A stretch of DNA of 64,000 nucleotides, from the NCBI GenBank assembly GCA_001179505.1, contig CDMY01000666.1, positions 1 through 64,000 of the forward strand, in the 5' to 3' direction. Shown one piece after another: positions 1 to 11,330 of this stretch; the stretch's first letter is position 1; each line of letters starts with the position of its first letter. The notes beneath the pieces are model-generated. The model made no database searches. It was not told the DNA's origin and saw only the letters and a program-made list of their open reading frames with translations. This DNA is from Vitrella brassicaformis CCMP3155 (lineage: Eukaryota; Protista; Chromerida). The position numbers and the translations under genes were made by a program.

Positions 1-11
1 TGTGTGTGTCG

Positions 12-3000
12 TCAGGGCGATGCATTGCCGTCACCGCCGCCGTCTTGGTTGTCCTCCTCGGCTGGTGCATCCTCACCTGTCAAGTAGACACACACACGCA
101 CGCACACACACACACGCATAGCTGTGTGATGGCGACGGGCATTAGGGCGTGTGGTGTGCTGTGTGTGCCTTCCTCCTTCCTCGTGTGCACCTCCGCTGTC
201 GACGTCCATATCGTCCCAGCCACCGCCACGATGGCCGTCTGCACCACACACAAAGACAGACAGACAGACAGACAAGTAAATGCCATCCATCCATCCATGC
301 ATCCATGGCCACCATATAGAGGTGTCCCCTCTCTCCCTGTCCGTACCATCATCATCCTGCTGCTGGTCTTCTACTTGGCCGTCAAAGACATATGGCGCCA
401 CTCGCCCCAGCGCCACACGGGCCAGCTGAGTGGTCACGGGGAAGCGGTCCTTGAAGGGCGCATCCTCACTCACACCAGCCACAGGCGCCTCGGTCGTCCA
501 GATCCAAATCAACACTGCAGACAGACGAGAGAGAGAACAACACTGATGACATTTGACCACCTGAGCCTGTCTGCCATCCTCACCGGTGCCGTTTCCCACA
601 TCCAGAATCCAAATCCACGCGACGAAGTTGTGGCTGCTGTCAGCACCAGCCACCGCATGTCACCGTCCCGGCTGAGTGTCGTCGAGCATCCGGCCACCGG
701 TGTGTGGGGCGACTGAGTGAGGAGGCCATCCAGACGGCCGCCACCAACACGCCTCAACCAAGAACACACGCACACACACAATCACACACGCACCCCTCTC
801 GCCACTGCTGTCATTGGTGTGGTACCTGTTGAGCCGTATCCTTGTGCGATTGATCTGGTGAGTCCAGTAGAAGTGGCTGAGGACCATGCTCTTGGCGAAG
901 GACGACACCGACGCATCGGTGGTCGGACCGCGCGACACCCATTCGCCGTCTTCGTCCCGGCAGATAATGCGGCTGCGCACTGGTGGGTCATGCTGCTGTC
1001 GGTGCTGCTGATACAGATGGCCGGCAGCGAGGGGCGGGTTGACGGCCAGTCGGAAGCCGGGCTCGTCCTTGATGGCCCGCACCTCACCATTGGCATGGCG
1101 GACGATCTGCAGGCAGCTGCCGTCACCGAAGTCGATCTGGCGGCCGACCACCATGAGCTGCGCCAACACACGGGGGAACGATGAGTAAGCCTACACCACA
1201 CCACACAGACAGACAGAGAGAGAAGGGATGAGGCCTCTCTGTTTTCTCCCCGCCCCTCTGTGTGTGCCTTACCGTCTTGTTGACGTGTGTGTTGATGTCA
1301 TCTCTCGTGAGCATGAGGGGCAGCGTGCAGTAGCGGCACTGGCTGGCCAACTGCAGCACCTCCCGCGTCTCATCCCACCGCCCGCCCTCCTCGGCTATCC
1401 ACACCGCCGCCATGAGCTCACCAATCCCGAGCGATGGGTCGAACCGCAGCAGCTGCAGCCGCTGAGTGTTGATGCCATCTCCGTCACGGCTCAGTGAGTG
1501 GTCCAGTCGGCTGCGCAGCTGGTCTGACGAGAAGGCGTCTCTGATGTCTCGTGAGGCTGCCCTCAGCTGCAGTGTGGTGCTGATGTCGGGGGTGCGGCAG
1601 CGGTCTTCGGCAAACAGATGGGCGAGGGGGTGCTCCTGGCTGCCCCCCTGCAGATCGCACACACACGTAACAATGCAGATCGATACACTCACAAGGCACA
1701 TCTGGTGCATGGCGGTCGGTTGTATCAGACCCACCTGACAATGCTGCTGCTGCTGCGCTTGTTGTGGGTGGCTGCGGGTCGATGCGACGCCGTGGCGGTC
1801 GGGCGAGGCGAACAACTCGTCTACAGCATCGGTCACGATCTGCACACACCACACACAGACGACAGACAACGACATCAACATGGTGCTGTGTTGGCGATTC
1901 TACTGGTCTTCTGACATGCCCACCCCTTTGGTGGTCTGTGTGTCGCCCCACATGAGCCGCTGCATCCTCAACGTCGTCATGCTCGACTCCAACACCGACT
2001 CGCTAACTGAACTCTCAGCCTCAAGGGCCGCACTCTGACAATGAACAATGGGACACACAAACCCACACAGGCCATAGATAGGCCACGACACGTGTCGCTT
2101 TGGCTCACCCATATGCGGCCCGCTATCTGCTTCTGGTTGGTCTTGCGTGTGACGTAGACGGCCGTGGCGGCCAGCAGACGGACATCGCACCCGGCCAAAT
2201 CGATGTCGCACATCGACAAGAACTGCACACACACAGAAAGGCACACACAGAAAGGCACGGACAGACAGACAGACAGACAGACAGACAGGGAGAAGCCATG
2301 CGATGGCTGGAGGTGTCTGTGTGTGGCTGGCGGACAGACTGACCATGAGGTATTTGGCGAATGAGAACAGGCGGCCGTGGGTGTTCATGCCGGCAGCAGT
2401 GAACAGCTTATCCAGACACCCGATGCCGCACACAGAACTATCAGCCGCCGCGCGACCCACCACCTGCACACACAGAGCCAGACAGACAGGTCGGCGCTGC
2501 ACAGGTGAGCGTCGTGTGCGTGTCTGTGTCTGTGTGTCAATACCTTTGCCTGTGTGTGTGTGGGGTCATCCGGCATGTCGTCCATCAGCAGGTGTGGCTC
2601 CAGCCGCTCGACGCAGGCGGCCACACACGCATCTGCTACCTGTGTGTCAGCAGCCAGGCAAGTGACACACACATCCCATGAGTCCTTACTCTCTGTCTGT
2701 CATTCAGATCTCTTTGCCTGTGTGGCGTTGTTCGGGTCGATGAGTCTGTCTGCGCGGCAGACTCCAGCAGCCGCACCGCCCGCATGACGGTCGCGTCGCA
2801 ACAGCCCATCGACGCCGCTCTCTTGACCATGCCGTCCACCAACACGGCTGCAACACATCACAGACAGCACAGCACACCTTTGAGGGCATCTGTCGTCTGT
2901 TGTGTGTGCGAGTCGGGCGTACCTCTCTGCTGCGGCCATTTCATGCTACCGACCTGTTTGTCAGACCAACCGAAACACAGAGCACCTCTTGATTGATCAC

Positions 3001-3286
3001 TCATCCGGCATTCCCGCTCGATTATTTTCCTGCTCGCCTCACCGTGATGACTGCCGCCATGATGCCCTGCGGTGGGCCTCAGCGATGAGTTGAAACCATC
3101 AGTTTGTGTCTGATGGGGCTCCTGCTGCCCTCTGGAAGGCCGCACAAGCCCCACGAAGCGACGATTATCTGTGATCGGATCGACTCCGACGAGGGAGGGC
3201 TGTTTCCGGGCTCTGCGGACATTCCAGCGCCATTGGAGGACACACCATGGTAAGGGAAGCCGTCTTATGGCGCAGATCTGTCTCAT
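12..3286 (-). CDS. Multi-exon gene: divergent cyclin fold spliced to an F-box-like/lineage-expanded domain with an acidic tail (copy 1)
   Basis: Exon AVLVDGMVKRAASMGCCDATVMRAVRLL (from ~2847 down) resembles the cyclin N-box. Exons ...RLFSFAKYLM|FLSMCDIDLAGCDVRLLAATAVYVTRK...RIW|SAALEAESSVSESVLESS...KG|IVTDAVDELFASPDRHGVAS resemble the cyclin C-box. These join through phase-0 GT-AG introns to GGSQEHPLAHLF...LQLRAASRDIRDAF...QCRYCTLP...VLAQLMVVGR. The first exon and start codon are uncertain, and there is a 1-bp indel at ~2763 relative to copy 3. Confidence 0.55.
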
Positions 3287-3463
3287 TCTGTGTTGTCATC
3301 CATCTGTTCTCTCAGGCGTTCGTTGATGGGCGAGTGACGTAGCTCTCAGCACCAAAACAGAGGGCCGCTGAGCACCTGACCAGGTCAGTGAAGGACGGCA
3401 GAGAGCAACAATGGACCATTGCACTCTGTTTGTCTGTGTTTCGGTCTTCGCAGCTGTGGTCAA

Positions 3464-5340
3464 ATGGAGTCGGCGGCCAGCACAGCCGAGGCCACAGACG
3501 GCCACCCCTCGCCCCAAGCAGTGCTGACCAAGGCGAGAGACCTCTGCGATGGCATCCACACCAAAGAGGCCTACGACCAGACCGTCCTTCAGCGTGGTTC
3601 TGAGGCTCTGAGGCCCGACATCGCGTCTGTCACGACCAACATCTGCCATCTCATAGCCTCGGCGAGTGATGCTCATCTCAGGGCTGACGCCATACAGCAG
3701 CTCGCTCGGCTTCTGCACATTCTCCAAGTGGCTGTCACCATGGGGCAGACAGCTGTGGACGAGCACATCAATGGCATCCCCGAGAGAGCCATAGCTGCGG
3801 GTGTGGTGCCTGTCTTGGTGGAGGAGCTGAGCGGATGCGAGGAGGTGCAGCTTCAGGCAGCCACGGCCCTTAGGATACTGGCGTTCCATCATGCGGCAGT
3901 GGTGGCCAGTGCGGGGGCCGTTCCGCCCCTGGTGCAGCTCGTGCCATCACCCAATGAACGTGTGTGTGGAGAGGCGATTCTGGCGCTGTGCTTCATCACA
4001 CACGATTCGGCCACCCGTCGCGATGCCGTGCTGGCCGCCGGTGTCCTGCAGCCCCTGCTGACAGTGATGCATGAGAGTGATAGCGCCGATGCGCTCGCCT
4101 GCGGTGCCCACCTGGTGCACAGTATGTCGCGTATCCGGCCTCTGTCGGTCCCCCTGGCCGAGTTTGCCCGGTTCGTACCGGTGCTGGCCAGCCTCGTTGG
4201 GGACTTCGTTGGTGAGTTTGAGCAGCATGAAGACGACCGTGTGCTGATGTCGTCACGAGCAGCCTTGGCGGAATTCGCGGGGTTGTGTGTCGGGGGCGAA
4301 GGTCAGTGAGGGTGCATTGATCGCTCATTCATGGCTCACTGTGTCGTACTGCCCCAGGTGACGATGCTGCTCGTGACGCGTTGGTCCAGTGTGGCGCCGT
4401 GGCCCCGATCAAGACCCTCCTGCAGAGTGCCGATACAGTTGAAATGAAGGGCACCGCGTGCATGATAGTGTACTTCGTGACTGCAGGTGAAGGAGAGTAC
4501 CATCACACACACACACACCATCTCTCACGTCACGCGTAGCGTGCCTTCTGGTCCATGGATGCAGGTAGCACTGCTCACCGGCAGGCGATCATCGATGGCG
4601 GGCTGGTGCCTGTGCTCGTCGACGTGGCGGCCAGCGAGGTCACCGGCGGGCAAGTGCATGCCGGTCTGAAGCAGATGGCGGGGAAGGCCATCATGAACAT
4701 TGTAGCCGATGGATCGCAGCAACAGGTGTGAATCAACGTATGTGTGCTCATTCATTCACTCATTGGACCGTGTTTTTCGTCCATTTTTTTATGCAGATGG
4801 AGCAGGTGGCTGAGTGCGGGGGCATTTTCAGCGTCCCTGCGGCATGCTCGAGGCCGACAATCACGATTTGCTCGTAAAGATGACGCTCGTAGTGCTGCAA
4901 AAGATACTCATGTAAGTCCGCACCCATGCCATCGTGTGTTGCCCATGTGTCTTGCCCATGTCTGCTGCGTGTGTGCAGTGCGGGTGAGGAGAAGCAGGCC
5001 AACGAGGGCCTCCCCGACAACCCCTACCAACAACTAGTACACCAGGTTAGTGGACAAGAGAGGAGCAGAAAGCACCAGAACCCGACACACACGGCTTTCT
5101 TGCTCTACATTCCGTGCAGGCCGGCGGTGTGGACAAGATAGTGACGCTGCAGGCGCACGATGATGCTCAAATTGCCCTGCAGGTGCCTGCCTGCACCCCA
5201 AGGGCCAGAACACACATCATGTCTTATCTTATGTTCAGGCTGTGGTAGTCCTCGCGCACTATTTCCCGGCTCACGCCGACGCGCAGGTGCTGCTGGCGGC
5301 CGCGACTCTGGCGGCCTTTTACGGCAGCATCCGCAATTGA
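3464..5340 (+). CDS. Importin-alpha-like armadillo-repeat protein with no IBB domain and an apparent frameshift
   Basis: ARM-like repeats: AGVVPVLVEELS..EEVQLQAATAL, AGAVPPLVQLVPSPNERVCGEAILAL, AGVLQPLL, CGAVAPIKTLL, GGLVPVLV. Importin-alpha-like C-terminus: GEEKQANEGLPDNPY...AGGVDKIVTLQAHDD...VLAHYF. The frame breaks in the T run at ~4824-4828. Confidence 0.7.
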
Positions 5341-5837
5341 GGCGACAGACGACAGCAACGGTAGCAGTAGCGATTGAGAGGGTGATCGGCAGGAGGGCGG
5401 AGGGATAGACAGATCACTCCATGTGGATGGATGGATGGATAGATGTGTGTGTGCATGACAATGCCTCGTGTGTGTAGCCAGCTGGCCAGACGGAGGCAGT
5501 GGGAGACACGCTGCATGACCGACCTGCCGTGTGTGTGTACAGACAGACTTTTCCCCTCCACTCACGTGAGCGACAACAGCAACGGCAGCAATAGGGGGAG
5601 AGATAGGCAGATCACGCCATGTGGAGGGAGAGATGGGTGTTTTCATGGATATACCCCGTGTGTTAGCTAGCCAGAGGGAGGGAGGGACACGCGTGGCTGA
5701 CCGCATGACCTGCTGCGTGAGTGTACAGACACATTCTTTCTCCCCACTGGCAGTATGCCGCATCTTCAACCATGCACCACGAGGCCATCCTCTCCTGCTT
5801 GCTCTCTTCGCCTCCCTGCGCCAGCCGTTCATCTCCA

Positions 5838-5960
5838 TGACGCTGCACGCAATTAACGAATGAATGCGTCGCCTTAATTGAAGTTGACGTCGAGAAAAGA
5901 GATCGACGCAGGCCAGCAGAGACGCGTCTTATTTTTTCCGTTTATTTTTGCAGCGCAGGA
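5838..5960 (+). promoter_or_regulatory. Conserved non-coding element upstream of the plus-strand module cluster, with an inverted homolog at ~26240-26355
   Basis: atgacgctgcacgcaa...aatgaatg...ttgaagttgacgtcgagaaaagaga...gagacgcg...attttttcc...attttt...gcgcaggat recurs in reverse complement upstream of the minus-strand cluster. The regulatory role is inferred from position only. Confidence 0.4.
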
Positions 5961-6600
5961 TTTCGTCCTGCACGGCATCCCCACCGGACCTTCAGCTCCA
6001 TCACGCCCTCGTGCACGAGTCTGCGGCCATGGAGCTCTCCGCCTTTCGCCTCTTCCCGTTCCGTGGCCCTGCTTACGATTGCCGCCGCGTCGTGGCGATG
6101 GGAGAAGTGTTTGCAGGAGACGACGCGCTTCACCGATGAAGCCCTGCCTCCAGAACGACGACAAACGCGCTGGCAAAACCACAAGGAGAGGTGCGGCACA
6201 GCCATTTGAAGGTGCGCACGTGCGGCGGGTGGTGCAGATAGATGCGCGTTCCTCTGCTGATGGCTGTGGTGTATTATGTGCAGTGGCACTTCAGAATGGT
6301 CGGGCAACGCTGCTTCTTCGAGCTCAAGGCCATGCTGTGCGACACCGCCAACCAAGCCACTCACGCCAAGATTCGTCCGCATGTGAGAAACCGTCACAGC
6401 AGGAGCACTCCCAGGGTGTCAGACGACATGAAAAACATGACAATTCTGACTTCATGTCTTTCAGGTGCGCATTGGCGCCTGCCGCCCAACCGATTGTCGA
6501 GAGCGTCCTTGGGCCAGGCGTCGAGGATAGATCATCATGGGGGGAAAAGAGACGAATTGGACTCATGCATGGATGGGTGGATCTTTGTTGATAAACGCAG

Positions 6601-8855
6601 GTTCTGACGGACCTTCGGGTCAAGGAGACGGCCCGAGGTGAGGGTCTGCATCGCCACGGGACTCCTCCCCCCGCCCAAGATGGTCCACTATGACACCTAC
6701 GTCAAGGCTGATGGCGAGTAAGACGACAGCCACCAACACACCAGAGGGATGACTAACGTGACGCACGTGCAACGGATGGATGGATGGATGGGTTGTTGAT
6801 GGTGTGGATGAATGAGTGCAGTATACTCAAAGTGGAAGGAGGCGTATGGGTGGAGGAGCGCCTCTACATGGGACAGGTGGTCAACAGTGCTACAGGGGCC
6901 GTACCTTCGTCAGCACCCCCCTCGCCCCAACCACTTTCCTCACCACCACAACCCCACACCAGAATGGAGGCACTCAATGGGTGAGAGAGAGGGGAGCATG
7001 AGCTGAGGGCGAGCAGAATCTGTGTCTTTCTTGTGTGGTGTTTGCTTATCCATGCAGACCTAGAAGGCCCTGCAGCAGCGGCAGCAGCTGCAGCAGGAGT
7101 TGCTGAAGACGTCCTGGTGCCATCACCAGATGGCGGCGAAGTCGCCGGGTGGGTAATGTACCTCACGCACCCACACGCCGAGACAGGCACACAGACATTG
7201 AGCCAAACGACTCTCGCTATCTGTCTGTCTGTCTGTCTGTCACCAGCTTCCCTCCGCCCATATTGCAGCAGCCTGACGGCGACATCGATGACGATGTGCC
7301 ACTGGCTGCCCGCCGCAAGCGCCGACATCGAGAGCCGGCCGCCACCATAGATGGAGATCGCCAGGACGGCCGTCCATCACCGCCCAAGATGGTCCACTAT
7401 GACACCTACGTCAAGGCTGATGGCGAGTAAGCCGCCAGCCACCACACACACCAGAGGGATGACGCACGTACTACGGATGGATGGATGGATGGGTTGTTGA
7501 TGGTGTGGATGAATGAGTGCAGTACACTCAAAGTGGAAGGAGGCGTGTGGGTGGAGGAGCGCCTCTACATGGGACAGGTGGTCAAGGTGCAGTGCTACAG
7601 GGGCCGCACCTTCGTCAGCACCCCCTCGCCCCAACGCCAGCCGCTTCCCTCACCACCACAACCCCGCACAAGGCCACCCCTTCCACTCCACCAATCGCAC
7701 ACAGGATGACCGGTAAGCGGGCGATGGATGGATGGACACATGGGCTGGGCGATGCTGAGATGCATGGATCTCTGTCTTTATACAGGACTGTGCCCAGGGC
7801 GACGGTCCACGAGAGGACCTACCTGGGCGAGGTCAAGGGCCGGTTCCTGACGCCCACCTTGACCCACTACGACGAGTACACGACGTCGAACCACGAGTAA
7901 GACGGGCGGCAGACGAGAGGGATGATGGGCACACAACAAACGGAGGGATGCATGGCTCAGTCATTCGGTGTGATCTGTGTGTGTGGATGAGTGCAGCGTG
8001 TTCGACAAGGTCGTGCTCGAGTCCCGGTGGCGACTCGGGTGCGTCAAGGTGCGGTGGTGGTACCTTCATCCCCCGCCACGCCCGCTACAGGACACAGAAG
8101 GGCAAGTAAGTGACGATAAGTGGGAAGATGGACTCGAAAATGGATCCATGGATGGGCCGGGATCTGCTGCCGCCCCTCCTGTGTGCAGACTCGTGAAGAA
8201 GGCGCTGGTCACGACGAGGACCTACCTCGGTGACGTCAAGGTGCGCGTCCTCTCCCCCCGACTGGTGCAGTACGACACCTACACCACCGCCGACCACGAG
8301 TAAGACGGCGACAGACAAGAGCGATGACGGGCATACAAACTGCGTGTTGTTAATGGTGTGGTCTGTATGTGTGGATGAATGAATGAATGCAGTGAACTAG
8401 AGGATGTGCTGGTGTACGAGTCCTACCGACTGGGGTGCGTGAAGGTGCGGTCCTGGTACAGCGGCCGCACCTTCACTGCCCTCAAGCCGCCACCCACCAT
8501 CATAGAAGCCGTGAAGCTAGGCACCAAGGAGGCCACGGCTGCCCCTCTCGCTGCCGGCGCGTCTGCCTCGACTCTGTTTGAGTCAGGGCAGACACATGCG
8601 CCTGACAGCCCAGCCAGTGGCTCACGCCGCGGCAGTGTGAGCCCCGACCATGGTGCGGCCTCCCCCCGTCGCGGCAGTCAGCCGCAACTGCCGCCCGTCC
8701 AGGAGCAGCCTGAGGGAGAGGGCACGACTGAGGGCGCGGCTGAGGGCACTGAAGGGCAGCAGGGAGAGGGAGAGGGGGAGGTTGAAGGCAATTGGTTGAA
8801 GGTGTGGGCGGAGGTGGTGTGCGTGGGGCAGGGTGGGGAGGGGGAGGCGACATAG
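6601..8855 (+). CDS. Tandem array of four copies of an unrecognised two-exon module (RTYLGxVKxRxLxPxxxxYxxYxTxD | xxxKVxxxESxRLGCxxVRxWYxGRT); partly degenerate
   Basis: Exon pairs at ~6601-6717/6821-6980, 7380-7426/7521-7700, 7786-7895/7996-8101 and 8190-8299/8391-8855, all using the same phase-2 GA|gtaag donor. The first copy has a 4-bp deletion at ~6884 (aacag versus aaggtgcag). Confidence 0.55.
7031..7389 (+). repeat. Inverted, near-identical copy of two exons plus their intron from the gene at 28190-30290
   Basis: Matches the reverse complement of ~28285-28637 (DLEGPAAAAAAAAGVAEDVLVPSPDGGEVAG; FPPPILQQPDGDIDDDVPLAARRKRRHRE...SPPK). Confidence 0.9.
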
Positions 8856-9114
8856 CCGCAGCAGCAGCAGCAGCAGCCCTTAAGCCAGCCACCATGGGGG
8901 CGGGCGGAGGTGAGGGAAAGAGAGAGGAGCATGAGCTGAGGGCGAGCAGAATCCGTGTCTTTCTTGTCAGGAGGGGCAGGCACCTTTGTGGGCATCGTTG
9001 TCTACATTTTATATTCTGATGTCTCTGCTTGGAAGAATCAACGCGTCACGTAAGTGAGAATGGTGGGTGGGGAAATGGATAAATGGATGGATGGATTGTG
9101 TCTCTCTATGTGCA

Positions 9115-9650
9115 GGAGTGTGCAGAAGCGCTGGCGAGGGAGCGGACCTACCTCGGCAAGCTGAAGGGGCGCCTCCCGCCGCCACCAGAACCACCACCTA
9201 CCCCCCTGCACAACACACGACGGGACGTAAGTGGGACGATGGGTGCGAGAAAGGATGATGGATCGATACATGGGTTGGGCAATGCTGGATGGATGGATGG
9301 ATCTCTGTCTTTATACAGGATTGCGCCCAAGACGACGGTCCTCTCACCATCCACCATCACTACCCCACCATCCACCGCCACACCCGCCATCCCAGCACCC
9401 CTCATCGAGGCCGTGAAGCGGGGCACCAAGGACGGCAAGGAGGCCACGGCTGCCCCTCTCGCTGCCGGCGCGTCTGCCTCCACTCTGTTTGAGTCGGGGC
9501 AGACACATGCGCCTGACAGCCCAGCCAGTGGCTCACGCCGCGGGAGTGTGAGCCCCGACCATGGTGCGGCCTTCCCCCGTCGCGCCAGCCAGTCTGCAGC
9601 TGCCGCCCGTATGCAGGGGCAGCAGCAGAATCTGCGCACTTCTGACAACG
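9115..9650 (+). pseudogene. Degenerate module copy with an internal deletion and a duplicated Pro/Ser-rich tail
   Basis: RTYLGKLKGRL exon at ~9115-9226. The next exon jumps from IAPKTTVL directly to the tail. 9430-9590 is near-identical to 8530-8690 (EATAAPLAAGASASTLFESGQTHAPDSPASGSRRGSVSPDHGAA). Confidence 0.55.
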
Positions 9651-10100
9651 AAGTGAGGAGAGGCAGGCCTATCGCTGTCTACATTTTATATTCTCATGTC
9701 TCTGCTGCGAAAGCGATGCATGCAACGAAACACAATGGACGAATATCTGAAGGTACATATTTGTGTCTCAATCCATCCTGAGCCCGGCTCGGCCCGTATC
9801 TCTCTCAAGAACATACAGACAGACAGACACTAATGCCCCAGCTGCTGATCGCCAGCTCGATCAGCTCCTCAGACCGAGACAAAAGGTTGGGCGAAGCGAA
9901 AAAGGAAAAGTCCTCCAGACATGCCAGCAGACCCGAGGGTCCCTCCCGATGAAACCCTGCCGCAAGAAACCCTGCCCATAAAACCCTTCGCTTTTAACCC
10001 CACACAACCCCACCAGTCGCTGGTCCATCTGACGGCACCACCAGCATCGCAGCAGCAGCAACAACAGCAACAGTAGCAGCAGTAGCAGCAGTCGCAGCAT

Positions 10101-11163
10101 CATGGAGCCGTTCATGGTGAGCTACCTCGTCCCCCCGCCGACCACCACGACCTACGCGCCCTACATGACACCCGACGGCACGTAAGTGGGACGATGGATG
10201 CGGAAAGGGATGATGGATCGATGGGCCGAGCAATGATGGATGGATCTCTGTCTGGATACAGGATTGTGCCCAAGGCCACTGTCCTTCAGAGGACCTACCT
10301 GGGCGACGTTAAGGTGCGCGTCCTTTCGCCCCGACTGGTTCGTTACGACAATTACACGACTGCCGACTACGAGTAAGGCGATGGACAAGAGGATGATGGG
10401 CACACAAACTGATGAATGGATGGATGGGTCATTGCTGGTGTGGTTGATCTGTGTGTGTGAGTGCAGCGAGTTCGACAAGGTGGTCGTACACGAGTCGTTC
10501 CGGCTCGGCTGCAGAACGGTGCGGTCATGGTACACCGGCCGGACCTGGACCTTCACCGTCCCCAAGCCACCCACCACCGTCACCCCCACATCGCCACCCT
10601 GCGCCATCCCCGCCCCCGTCATAGAGGCCGTCAAGCGCGGCACCGCGGACAGCAAGGAGGCCAAGCCAGGCCCCCCCGCTGTCGGCCCGTCTGCCTCGAC
10701 TCTCTTTGAGTCGGGGCAGACGGACATGCCCGAGAGCCCAGCCAGCGGCTCACGCCGCCCCAGCGTCAGCGGCCCAGGATCGCCCGTGGCGCCCCGGCGC
10801 GCCAGTCAGCCGCAGCTGCCGCCCGTCCCGGAGCAGGCTCTCGCGGTGCCGTCGGCGGCCATCACGCCCCCCCAGCAGCAGCCAGAGGGAGAGGGAGAGC
10901 GAGAGGGCGCGGGAGCGGGGGCGAGCGATGGTGAAGGAGAGGCCGAGGCGGCGGCTGGGGGCGAGGCGGCGGCTGCGACGTGTGAGCCTCAGGCTGCCCG
11001 TCCGTCACGCTGGGAGGCCGTGAGCGACAACCCGCTGGACGGCTGGTGGTTCAGGGTGGTTGGGGACTGGGAGATCTACGTCCCCCACCCCCTGCCACCT
11101 GTCCTCTACGTGGCGGCCAATTACCTGTTTGCGGCACTCCTGGCACCCTTCCTCCTGTGGTAA
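10101..11163 (+). CDS. Apparently intact module gene with a low-complexity linker and a C-terminal hydrophobic (tail-anchor-like) segment
   Basis: MEPFMVSYLVPPPTTTTYAPYMTPDG | IVPKATVLQRTYLGDVKVRVLSPRLVRYDNYTTADY | EFDKVVVHESFRLGCRTVRSWYTGRTW...RWEAVSDNPLDGWWFRVVGDWEIYVPHPLPPVLYVAANYLFAALLAPFLLW. Splice phases are consistent; the true start may lie further upstream. Confidence 0.6.
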
Positions 11164-11330
11164 GCAAAGCAAGCCGCACACAGACAGACAGACGTACAGC
11201 ACACTGTGGGCGGACGCACCTGTTGTGTGTATGTTCGTTCTCTGTGGTGTCTGTCTGTTGTGTGTGGCTGTGCAGAGGGGAGGGGAGGTGCAAGTGGACC
11301 AGACTCCTCTCTCTACCTCTCTCCCCCCCT

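Noticed and set aside
5341-5750. Diverged ~200-bp tandem duplication downstream of the ARM gene
   Set aside because: Real but low-complexity, with no coding or structural signal.
5950-6610. ORFs 5878-6591 and 6242-6607, and a faint MYND-finger-like fragment (RWQNHKERC)
   Set aside because: The Cys pattern is incomplete and split across frames, and I could not build a consistent exon structure.
6601-11163. Module array as a CRISPR array or transposon
   Set aside because: The units are spliceosomal exon-intron pairs with codon-like divergence. There is no constant repeat/spacer pattern and no transposase, RT or terminal repeats.
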